A stretch of DNA of 64,000 bases from Eledone cirrhosa (Eukaryota): NCBI GenBank assembly GCA_964016885.1, contig OZ024744.1, forward strand, positions 3,782,001-3,846,000, given 5' to 3'. The notes below the pieces were generated by a model. It searched no databases, was not told where the DNA came from, and saw only the letters and a program-made list of their open reading frames with translations. Made by a program: the position numbers and the translations under genes. Below, in pieces: positions 13,040 to 25,151 of this stretch (within the stretch, counting starts at the first letter, position 1; every line of letters begins with the position of its first letter).

Positions 13040-14960
13040 GCTTGGTGAAGAACGAAGTTTTGTGTGAAGACAAGCTAGAGAAAGATAGCTTGGTGAAGAA
13101 CGAAGTTTTGGGGGAGGACAAGGTAGAGAAAGATAGATTGGTGAAGAACAAAGTGTTGATGGATGACAAGGTAGAGAAAGATAGCTTGGTGAAGAACGAA
13201 GTTTTGGGAGAAGACAAGGTAGAGAAAGATAGCTTGGTGAAGAACGAAGTTTTGAGGGAAGACAAGGTAGAGAAAGATAGCTTGGTGAATAACGAAGTTT
13301 TGGGAGAAGACAAGGTAGAGAAAGATAGCTTGGTGAAGAACGAAGTTTTGGGGGAAGACAAGGTAGAGAAAGATAGCTTGGTGAAGAACGAAGTTTTGAG
13401 GGAAGACAAGGTAGAGAAAGATAGCTTGGTGAAGAACGATGTTTTGAGGGAAGACAAGGTAGAGAAAGATAGCTTGGTGAAGAACGACGTTTTGAGGGAA
13501 GACAAGGTAGAGAAAGATAGCTTGGTGAAGAACGACGTTTTGTGGGAAGACAAGGTAGAGAAAGATAGCTTGGTGAAGAACGAAGTTTTGGGGGAAGACA
13601 AGGTAGAGAAAGATAGCTTGGTGAAGAACGAAGTTTTGGGGGTAGACAAGGTAGAGAAAGAGAGCTTGGTGAAGAACGACGTTTTGATGAAAGACAAGGT
13701 AGAGAAAGATAGCTTGGTGAAGAACGAAGTTTTGGGGGAAGACAAGGTAGAGAAAGATAGCTTGGTGAAGAACAAAGTTTTGGGGGAAGACAAGGTAGAG
13801 AAAGATAGCTTGGTGAAGAACGACGTTTTCAGGGAAGACAAGGTAGAGAAAGATAGCTTGGTGAAGAACGAAGTTTTGGGGGAAGACAAGGTAGAGAAAG
13901 ATAGCTTGGTGAAGAACGAAGTTTTGGGGGAAGACAAGGTAGAGAAAGATAGCTTGGTGAAGAACGAGGTTCTGAGGGAAGACAAGGTAGAGAAAGATAG
14001 CTTGGTGAAGAACGAAGTTTTGTGTGAAGACAAGCTAGAGAAAGATAGCTTGGTGAAGAACGAAGTTTTGGGGGAAGACAAGGTAGAGAAAGATAGATTG
14101 GTGAAGAACAAAGTGTTGATGGATGACAAGGTAGAGAAAGATAGCTTGGTGAAGAACGAAGTTTTGGGAGAAGACAAGGTAGAGAAAGATAGCTTGGTGA
14201 AGAACGAAGTTTTGAGGGAAGACAAGGTAGAGAAAGATAGCTTGGTGAATAACGAAGTTTTGGGAGAAGACAAGGTAGAGAAAGATAGCTTGGTGAAGAA
14301 CGAAGTTTTGGGGGAAGACAAGGTAGAGAAAGATAGCTTGGTGAAGAACGAAGTTTTGAGGGAAGACAAGGTAGAGAAAGATAGCTTGGTGAAGAACGAT
14401 GTTTTGAGGGAAGACAAGGTAGAGAAAGATAGCTTGGTGAAGAACGACGTTTTGAGGGAAGACAAGGTAGAGAAAGATAGCTTGGTGAAGAACGACGTTT
14501 TGTGGGAAGACAAGGTAGAGAAAGATAGCTTGGTGAAGAACGAAGTTTTGGGGGAAGACAAGGTAGAGAAAGATAGCTTGGTGAAGAACGAAGTTTTGGG
14601 GGTAGACAAGGTAGAGAAAGAGAGCTTGGTGAAGAACGACGTTTTGATGAAAGACAAGGTAGAGAAAGATAGCTTGGTGAAGAACGAAGTTTTGGGGGAA
14701 GACAAGGTAGAGAAAGATAGCTTGGTGAAGAACAAAGTTTTGGGGGAAGACAAGGTAGAGAAAGATAGCTTGGTGAAGAACGACGTTTTCAGGGAAGACA
14801 AGGTAGAGAAAGATAGCTTGGTGAAGAACGAAGTTTTGGGGGAAGACAAGGTAGAGAAAGATAGCTTGGTGAAGAACGAAGTTTTGGGGGAAGACAAGGT
14901 AGAGAAAGATAGCTTGGTGAAGAACGAAGTTCTGAGGGAAGACAAGGTAGAGAAAGATAG
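13040..14960. repeat. Local tandem duplication of 960 bp (20 monomers)
   Basis: GGGGTAGAC (GVD) occurs near 13640 and 14600, TTTTCAGG (DVF) near 13826 and 14786, and AAAGTGTTGATG at 13150 and 14110. Confidence 0.88.
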
Positions 14961-16421
14961 CTTAGTGAAGAACGAATTTTTGGGAGGAGACAAGGTAGAG
15001 AAAGATATCTTGGTGAAGAACGAAGTTTTGACGGAAGACAAGGTAGAGAAAGATAGCTTGGTGAAGAATGACGTTTTGTGGGAAGACAAGGTAGAGAAAG
15101 ATAGCTTGGTGAAGAACGAAGTTTTGTGTGGAGACAAGCTAGAGAAAGATAGCTTGGTGAAGAACGAAGTTTTGGGGGAAGACAAGGTAGATAAATATAG
15201 ATTGGTGAAGAACAAAGTTTTGAGGGATGACAAGGTAGAGAAAGATGACTTGGTGAAGAACGAAGTTTTGGGGGAAGACAAGGTAGAGAAAGATAGCTTG
15301 GTGAAGAACGAAGTTTTGAGGGGAGACAAGGTAGAGAAAGATAGCTTGGTGAATAACGAAGTTTTGGGAGAAGACAAGGTAGAGAAAGATAGCTTGGTGA
15401 AGAACGAAGTTTTGGGGGAAGACAAGGTAGAGAAAGATAGCTTGGTGAAGAACGAAGTTTTGAGGGAAGACAAGGTAGAGAAAGATAGCTTGGTGAAGAA
15501 CGATGTTTTGAGGGAAGACAAGGTAGAGAAAGATAGCTTGGTGAAGAACGACGTTTTGAGGGAAGACAAGGTAGAGAAAGATAGCTTGGTGAAGAACGAC
15601 GTTTTATGGGAAGACAAGGTAGAGAAAGATAGCTTGGTGAAGAACGAAGTTTTGGGGGAAGACAAGGTAGAGAAAGATAGCTTGGTGAAGAACGAAGTTT
15701 TGGGGGAAGACAAGGTAGAGAAAGAGAGCTTGGTGAAGAACGACGTTTTGATGAAAGACAAGGTAGAGAAAGATAGCTTGGTGAAGAATGACGTTTTGTG
15801 GGAAGACAAGGTAGAAAAAGATAGCTTGGTGAAGAACGAAGTTTTGTGTGAAGACAAGGTAGAGAAAGATAGCTTGGTGAAGAACGAAGTTTTGGGGGAA
15901 GACAAGGTAGAGAAAGATAGCTTGGTGAAGAACGAAGTTTTGAGGGAAGACAAGGTAGAGAAAGATAGCTTGGTGAATAACGAAGTTTTGAGGGATGACA
16001 AGGTAGAGAAAGATGACTTGGTGAAGAAAGAAGTTTTGGGGGAAGACAAGGTAGAGAAAGATAGCTTGGTGAAGAACGAAGTTTTGGGGGAAGACAAGGT
16101 AGAGAAAGATAGCTTGGTGAAGAACGAAGTTTTGAGGGAAGACAAGGTAGAGAAAGATAGCTTGGTGAAGAACGATGTTTTGAGGGAAGACAAGGTAGAG
16201 AAAGATAGCTTGGTGAAGAACGACGTTTTGTGGGAAGACAAGGTAGAGAAAGATAGCTTGGTGAAGAACGAAGTTTTGGGGGAAGACAAGGTAGAGAAAG
16301 ATAGCTTGGTGAAGAACGAAGTTTTGGGGGAAGACAAGGTAGAGAAAGAGAGCTTGGTGAAAAACGACGTTTTGATGAAAGACAAGGTAGAGAAAGATAG
16401 CTTGGTGAAGAACGAAGTTTT

Positions 16422-19400
16422 GGGGAAGACAATGTAGAGAAAGATAGCTTGGTGAAGAACGAAGTTTTGGGGGAAGACAAGGTAGAGAAAGATAGCTTGG
16501 TGAAGAACGAAGTTCTGAGGGAAGACAAGGTAGAGAAAGATAGCTTGGTGAAGAACGAAGTTTTGGGAGAAGACAAGGTAGAGAAAGATATCTTGGTGAA
16601 GAACGAAGTTTTGACGGAAGACAAGGTAGAGAAAGATAGCTTGGTGAAGAATGACGTTTTGTGGGAAGACAAGGTAGAGAAAGATAGCTTGGTGAAGAAC
16701 GAAGTTTTGTGTGAAGACAAGGTAGAGAAAGATAGCTTGGTGAAGAACGAAGTTTTGGGGGAAGACAAGGCAGAGAAAGATAGATTGGTGAAGAACGAAG
16801 TTTTGAGGGATGACAAGGTAGAGAAAGATGACTTGGTGAAGAAAGAAGTTTTGGGGGAAGACAAGGTAGAGAAAGATAGCTTGCGAAGAACGAAGTTTTG
16901 GGGGAAGACAAGGTAGAGAAAGATAGCTTGGTGAAGAACGAAGTTTTGGGGGAAGACAAGGTAGAGAAAGATAGCTTGGTGAAGAACGACGTTTTGAGGG
17001 AAGACAAGTTAGAGAAAGATAGCTTGGTGAAGAATGACGTTTTGTGGGAAGACAAGGTAGAGAAAGATAGCTTGGTGAAGAACGAAGTTTTGTGTGAAGA
17101 CAAGCTAGAGAAAGATAGCTTGGTGAAGAACGAAGTTTTGGGGGAGGACAAGGTAGAGAAAGATAGATTGGTGAAGAACAAAGTGTTGATGGATGACAAG
17201 GTAGAGAAAGATAGCTTGGTGAAGAACGAAGTTTTGGGAGAAGACAAGGTAGAGAAAGATAGCTTGGTGAAGAACGAAGTTTTGAGGGAAGACAAGGTAG
17301 AGAAAGATAGCTTGGTGAATAACGAAGTTTTGGGAGAAGACAAGGTAGAGAAAGATAGCTTGGTGAAGAACGAAGTTTTGGGGGAAGACAAGGTAGAGAA
17401 AGATAGCTTGGTGAAGAACGAAGTTTTGAGGGAAGACAAGGTAGAGAAAGATAGCTTGGTGAAGAACGATGTTTTGAGGGAAGACAAGGTAGAGAAAGAT
17501 AGCTTGGTGAAGAACGACGTTTTGAGGGAAGACAAGGTAGAGAAAGATAGCTTGGTGAAGAACGACGTTTTGTGGGAAGACAAGGTAGAGAAAGATAGCT
17601 TGGTGAAGAACGAAGTTTTGGGGGAAGACAAGGTAGAGAAAGATAGCTTGGTGAAGAACGAAGTTTTGGGGGTAGACAAGGTAGAGAAAGAGAGCTTGGT
17701 GAAGAACGACGTTTTGATGAAAGACAAGGTAGAGAAAGATAGCTTGGTGAAGAACGAAGTTTTGGGGGAAGACAAGGTAGAGAAAGATAGCTTGGTGAAG
17801 AACAAAGTTTTGGGGGAAGACAAGGTAGAGAAAGATAGCTTGGTGAAGAACGACGTTTTCAGGGAAGACAAGGTAGAGAAAGATAGCTTGGTGAAGAACG
17901 AAGTTTTGGGGGAAGACAAGGTAGAGAAAGATAGCTTGGTGAAGAACGAAGTTTTGGGGGAAGACAAGGTAGAGAAAGATAGCTTGGTGAAGAACGAAGT
18001 TCTGAGGGAAGACAAGGTAGAGAAAGATAGCTTGGTGAAGAACGAAGTTTTGGGAGGAGACAAGGTAGAGAAAGATATCTTGGTGAAGAACGAAGTTTTG
18101 ACGGAAGACAAGGTAGAGAAAGATAGCTTGGTGAAGAATGACGTTTTGTGGGAAGACAAGGTAGAGAAAGATAGCTTGGTGAAGAACGAAGTTTTGTGTG
18201 GAGACAAGCTAGAGAAAGATAGCTTGGTGAAGAACAAAGTTTTGAGGGATGACAAGGTAGAGAAAGATGACTTGGTGAAGAACGAAGTTTTGGGGGAAGA
18301 CAGGGTAGAGAAAGATAGCTTGGTGAAGAACGAAGTTTTGAGGGAAGACAAGGTAGAGAAAGATAGCTTGGTGAATAACGAAGTTTTGGGAGAAGACAAG
18401 GTAGAGAAAGATAGCTTGGTGAAGAACGAAGTTTTGGGGGAAGACAAGGTAGAGAAAGATAGCTTGGTGAAGAACGAAGTTTTGAGGGAAGACAAGGTAG
18501 AGAAAGATAGCTTGGTGAAGAACGATGTTTTGAAAGAAGACAAGGTAGAGAAAGATAGCTTGGTGAAGAACGACGTTTTGAGGGAAGACAAGGTAGAGAA
18601 AGATAGCTTGGTGAAGAACGAAGTTTTGGGGGAAGACAAGGTAGAGAAAGATAGCTTGGTGAAGAACGAAGTTTTGGGGGAAGACAAGGTAGAGAAAGAG
18701 AGCTTGGTGAAGAACGACGTTTTGATGAAAGACAAGGTAGAGAAAGATAGCTTGGTGAAGAATGACGTTTTGTGGGAAGACAAGGTAGAAAAAGATAGCT
18801 TGGTGAAGAACGAAGTTTTGTGTGAAGACAAGGTAGAGAAAGATAGCTTGGTGAAGAACGAAGTTTTGGGGGAAGACAAGGCAGAGAAAGATAGCTTGGT
18901 GAAGAACGAAGTTTTGGGGGAAGACAAGGTAGAGAAAGATAGCTTGGTGAAGAACGAAGTTTTGAGGGAAGACAAGGTAGAGAAAGATAGCTTGGTGAAT
19001 AACGAAGTTTTGAGGGATGACAAGGTAGAGAAAGATGACTTGGTGAAGAAAGAAGTTTTGGGGGAAGACAAGGTAGAGAAAGATAGCTTGGTGAAGAACG
19101 AAGTTTTGGGGGAAGACAAGGTAGAGAAAGATAGCTTGGTGAAGAACGACGTTTTGAGGGAAGACAAGGTAGAGAAAGATAGCTTGGTGAAGAACGAAGT
19201 TCTGAGGGAAGACAAGGTAGAGAAAGATAGCTTGGTGAAGAACGAAGTTTTGGGAGAAAACAAGGTAGAGAAAGATATCTTGGTGAAGAACGAAGTTTCG
19301 ACGGAAGTCAAGGTAGAGAAAGATAGCTTGGTGAAGAATGACGTTTTGTGGGAAGACAAGGTAGAGAAAGATAGCTTGGTGAAGAATGAAGTTTTGTGTG

Positions 19401-22400
19401 AAGACAAGCTAGAGAAAGATAGCTTGGTGAAGAACGAAGTTTTGGGGGAAGACAAGGTAGAGAAAGATAGCTTGGTGAAGAACGAAGTTTTGGGGGAAGA
19501 CAAGGTAGAGAAAGATAGCTTGGTGAAGAACGAAGTTTTGAGGGAAGACAAGGTAGAGAAAGATAGCTTGGTGAATAACGAAGTTTTGGGAGAAGACAAG
19601 GTAGAGAAAGATAGCTTGGTGAAGAACGATGTTTTGAGGGAAGACAAGGTAGAGAAAGATAGCTTGGTGAAGAACGACGTTTTGGGAGAAGACAAGGTAG
19701 AGAAAGATAGCTTGGTGAAGAACGATGTTTTGAGGGAAGACAAGGTAGAGAAAGATAGCTTGGTGAAGAACGACGTTTTGAGGGAAGACAAGGTAGAGAA
19801 AGATAGCTTGGTGAAGAACGACGTTTTGTGGGAAGACAAGGTAGAGAAAGATAGCTTGGTGAAGAACGAAGTTTTGGGGGAAGACAAGGTAGAGAAAGAT
19901 AGCTTGCGAAGAACGAAGTTTTGGGGGAAGACAAGGTAGAGAAAGATAGCTTGGTGAAGAACGAAGTTTTGGGGGAAGACAAGGTAGAGAAAGATAGCTT
20001 GGTGAAGAACGACGTTTTGAGGGAAGACAAGTTAGAGAAAGATAGCTTGGTGAAGAATGACGTTTTGTGGGAAGACAAGGTAGAGAAAGATAGCTTGGTG
20101 AAGAACGAAGTTTTGTGTGAAGACAAGCTAGAGAAAGATAGCTTGGTGAAGAACGAAGTTTTGGGGGAAGACAAGGTAGAGAAAGATAGATTGGTGAAGA
20201 ACAAAGTTTTGATGGATGACAAGGTAGAGAAAGATGACTTGGTGAAGAACGAAGTTTTGGGGGAAGACAAGGTAGAGAAAGATAGCTTGGTGAAGAACGA
20301 AGTTTTGAGGGAAGACAAGGTAGAGAAAGATAGCTTGGTGAATAACGAAGTTTTGGGAGAAGACAATGTAGAGAAAGATAGCTTGGTGAAGAACGAAGTT
20401 TTGGGGGAAGACAAGGTAGAGAAAGATAGCTTGGTGAAGAACGAAGTTTTGAGGGAAGACAAGGTAGAGAAAGATAGCTTGGTGAAGAACGATGTTTTGA
20501 GGGAAGACAAGGTAGAGAAAGATAGCTTGGTGAAGAACGACGTTTTGAGGGAAGACAAGGTAGAGAAAGATAGCTTGGTGAAGAACGACGTTTTGTGGGA
20601 AGACAAGGTAGAGAAAGATAGCTTGGTGAAGAACGAAGTTTTGGGGGAAGACAAGGTAGAGAAAGATAGCTTGGTGAAGAACGAAGTTTTGGGGGAAGAC
20701 AAGGTAGAGAAAGAGAGCTTGGTGAAGAACGACGTTTTGATGAAAGACAAGGTAGAGAAAGATAGCTTGGTGAAGAACGAAGTTTTGGGGAAGACAATGT
20801 AGAGAAAGATAGCTTGGTGAAGAACGAAGTTTTGGGGGAAGACAAGGTAGAGAAAGATAGCTTGGTGAAGAACGAAGTTCTGAGGGAAGACAAGGTAGAG
20901 AAAGATAGCTTGGTGAAGAACGAAGTTTTGGGAGAAGACAAGGTAGAGAAAGATATCTTGGTGAAGAACGAAGTTTTGACGGAAGACAAGGTAGAGAAAG
21001 ATAGCTTGGTGAAGAATGACGTTTTGTGGGAAGACAAGGTAGAGAAAGATAGCTTGGTGAAGAACGAAGTTTTGTGTGAAGACAAGGTAGAGAAAGATAG
21101 CTTGGTGAAGAACGAAGTTTTGGGGGAAGACAAGGCAGAGAAAGATAGATTGGTGAAGAACGAAGTTTTGAGGGATGACAAGGTAGAGAAAGATGACTTG
21201 GTGAAGAAAGAAGTTTTGGGGGAAGACAAGGTAGAGAAAGATAGCTTGCGAAGAACGAAGTTTTGGGGGAAGACAAGGTAGAGAAAGATAGCTTGGTGAA
21301 GAACGAAGTTTTGGGGGAAGACAAGGTAGAGAAAGATAGCTTGGTGAAGAACGACGTTTTGAGGGAAGACAAGTTAGAGAAAGATAGCTTGGTGAAGAAT
21401 GACGTTTTGTGGGAAGACAAGGTAGAGAAAGATAGCTTGGTGAAGAACGAAGTTTTGTGTGAAGACAAGCTAGAGAAAGATAGCTTGGTGAAGAACGAAG
21501 TTTTGGGGGAAGACAAGGTAGAGAAAGATAGATTGGTGAAGAACAAAGTGTTGATGGATGACAAGGTAGAGAAAGATAGCTTGGTGAAGAACGAAGTTTT
21601 GGGAGAAGACAAGGTAGAGAAAGATAGCTTGGTGAAGAACGAAGTTTTGAGGGAAGACAAGGTAGAGAAAGATAGCTTGGTGAATAACGAAGTTTTGGGA
21701 GAAGACAAGGTAGAGAAAGATAGCTTGGTGAAGAACGAAGTTTTGGGGGAAGACAAGGTAGAGAAAGATAGCTTGGTGAAGAACGAAGTTTTGAGGGAAG
21801 ACAAGGTAGAGAAAGATAGATTGGTGAAGAACGATGTTTTGAGGGAAGACAAGGTAGAGAAAGATAGCTTGGTGAAGAACGACGTTTTGAGGGAAGACAA
21901 GGTAGAGAAAGATAGCTTGGTGAAGAACGACGTTTTGTGGGAAGACAAGGTAGAGAAAGATAGCTTGGTGAAGAACGAAGTTTTGGGGGAAGACAAGGTA
22001 GAGAAAGATAGCTTGGTGAAGAACGAAGTTTTGGGGGTAGACAAGGTAGAGAAAGAGAGCTTGGTGAAGAACGACGTTTTGATGAAAGACAAGGTAGAGA
22101 AAGATAGCTTGGTGAAGAACGAAGTTTTGGGGGAAGACAAGGTAGAGAAACATAGCTTGGTGAAGAACAAAGTTTTGGGGGAAGACAAGGTAGAGAAAGA
22201 TAGCTTGGTGAAGAACGACGTTTTCAGGGAAGACAAGGTAGAGAAAGATAGCTTGGTGAAGAACGAAGTTTTGGGGGAAGACAAGGTAGAGAAAGATAGC
22301 TTGGTGAAGAACGAAGTTTTGGGGGAAGACAAGGTAGAGAAAGATAGCTTGGTGAAGAACGAAGTTCTGAGGGAAGACAAGGTAGAGAAAGATAGCTTGG

Positions 22401-25151
22401 TGAAGAACGAAGTTTTGGGAGGAGACAAGGTAGAGAAAGATATATTGGTGAAGAACGAAGTTTTGACGGAAGACAAGGTAGAGAAAGATAGCTTGGTGAA
22501 GAATGACGTTTTGTGGGAAGACAAGGTAGAGAAAGATAGCTTGGTGAAGAACGAAGTTTTGTGTGGAGACAAGCTAGAGAAAGATAGCTTGGTGAAGAAC
22601 GAAGTTTTGGGGGAAGACAAGGTAGATAAAGATAGATTGGTGAAGAACAAAGTTTTGAGGGATGACAAGGTAGAGAAAGATGACTTGGTGAAGAACGAAG
22701 TTTTGGGGGAAGACAAGGTAGAGAAAGATAGCTTGGTGAAGAACGAAGTTTTGAGGGAAGACAAGGTAGAGAAAGATAGCTTGGTGAATAACGAAGTTTT
22801 GGGAGAAGACAAGGTAGAGAAAGATAGCTTGGTGAAGAACGAAGTTTTGGGGGAAGACAAGGTAGAGAAAGATAGCTTGGTGAAGAACGAAGTTTTGAGG
22901 GAAGACAAGGTAGAGAAAGATAGCTTGGTGAAGAACGATGTTTTGAGGGAAGACAAGGTAGAGAAAGATAGCTTGGTGAAGAACGACGTTTTGAGGGAAG
23001 ACAAGGTAGAGAAAGATAGCTTGGTGAAGAACGACGTTTTATGGGAAGACAAGGTAGAGAAAGATAGCTTGGTGAAGAACGAAGTTTTGGGGGAAGACAA
23101 GGTAGAGAAAGATAGCTTGGTGAAGAACGAAGTTTTGGGGGAAGACAAGGTAGAGAAAGAGAGCTTGGTGAAGAACGACGTTTTGATGAAAGACAAGGTA
23201 GAGAAAGATAGCTTGGTGAAGAATGACGTTTTGTGGGATGACAAGGTAGAAAAAGATAGCTTGGTGAAGAACGAAGTTTTGTGTGAAGACAAGGTAGAGA
23301 AAGATAGCTTGGTGAAGAACGAAGTTTTGGGGGAAGACAAGGCAGAGAAAGATAGCTTGGTGAAGAACGAAGTTTTGGGGGAAGACAAGGTAGAGAAAGA
23401 TAGCTTGGTGAAGAACGAAGTTTTGAGGGAAGACAAGGTAGAGAAAGATAGCTTGGTGAATAACGAAGTTTTGAGGGATGACAAGGTAGAGAAAGATGAC
23501 TTGGTGAAGAAAGAAGTTTTGGGGGAAGACAAGGTAGAGAAAGATAGCTTGGTGAAGAACGAAGTTTTGGGGGAAGACAAGGTAGAGAAAGATAGCTTGG
23601 TGAAGAACGACGTTTTGAGGGAAGACAAGGTAGAGAAAGATAGCTTGGTGAAGAACGAAGTTCTGAGGGAAGACAAGGTAGAGAAAGATAGCTTGGTGAA
23701 GAACGAAGTTTTGGGAGAAAACAAGGTAGAGAAAGATATCTTGGTGAAGAACGAAGTTTCGACGGAAGTCAAGGTAGAGAAAGATAGCTTGCTGAAGAAT
23801 GACATTTTGTGGGAAGACAAGGTAGAGAAAGATAGCTTGGTGAAGAATGAAGTTTTGTGTGAAGACAAGCTAGAGAAAGATAGCTTGGTGAAGAACGAAG
23901 TTTTGGGGGAAGACAAGGTAGAGAAAGATAGCTTGGTGAAGAACGAAGTTTTGGGGGAAGACAAGGTAGAGAAAGATAGCTTGGTGAAGAACGAAGTTTT
24001 GAGGGAAGACAAGGTAGAGAAAGATAGCTTGGTGAATAACGAAGTTTTGGGAGAAGACAAGGTAGAGAAAGATAGCTTGGTGAAGAACGATGTTTTGAGG
24101 GAAGACAAGGTAGAGAAAGATAGCTTGGTGAAGAACGACGTTTTGAGGGAAGACAAGGTAGAGAAAGATAGCTTGGTGAAGAACGACGTTTTGTGGGAAG
24201 ACAAGGTAGAGAAAGATAGCTTGGTGAAGAACGAAGTTTTGGGGGAAGACAAGGTAGAGAAAGATAGCTTGCGAAGAACGAAGTTTTGGGGGAAGACAAG
24301 GTAGAGAAAGATAGCTTGGTGAAGAACGAAGTTTTGGGGGAAGACAAGGTAGAGAAAGATAGCTTGGTGAAGAACGACGTTTTGAGGGAAGACAAGTTAG
24401 AGAAAGATAGCTTGGTGAAGAATGACGTTTTGTGGGAAGACAAGGTAGAGAAAGATAGCTTGGTGAAGAACGAAGTTGTGTGTGAAGACAAGCTAGAGAA
24501 AGATAGCTTGGTGAAGAACGAAGTTTTGGGGGAAGACAAGGTAGAGAAATATAGATTGGTGAAGAACAAAGTTTTGATGGATGACAAGGTAGAGAAAGAT
24601 GACTTGGTGAAGAACGAAGTTTTGGGGGAAGACAAGGTAGAGAAAGATAGCTTGGTGAAGAACGAAGTTTTGAGGGAAGACAAGGTAGAGAAAGATAGCT
24701 TGGTGAATAACGAAGTTTTGGGAGAAGACAATGTAGAGAAAGATAGCTTGGTGAAGAACGAAGTTTTGGGGGAAGACAAGGTAGAGAAAGATAGCTTGGT
24801 GAAGAACGAAGTTTTGAGGGAAGACAAGGTAGAGAAAGATAGCTTGGTGAAGAACGATGTTTTGAGGGAAGACAAGGTAGAGAAAGATAGCTTGGTGAAG
24901 AACGACGTTTTGAGGGAAGACAAGGTAGAGAAAGATAGCTTGGTGAAGAACGACGTTTTGTGGGAAGACAAGGTAGAGAAAGATAGCTTGGTGAAGAACG
25001 AAGTTTTGGGGGAAGACAAGGTAGAGAAAGATAGCTTGGTGAAGAACGAAGTTTTGGGGGAAGACAAGGTAGAGAAAGAGAGCTTGGTGAAGAACGACGT
25101 GTTGATGAAAGACAAGGTAGAGAAAGATAGCTTGGTGAAGAACGAAGTTTT
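16422..25151. repeat. Tandem duplication of a 4,365-bp (91-monomer) unit
   Basis: The ORF triplet of 155/1013/293 aa occurs at 16449/16898/19921 and again at 20814/21263/24286. All offsets are 4365 = 91 x 48 - 3. Confidence 0.9.
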
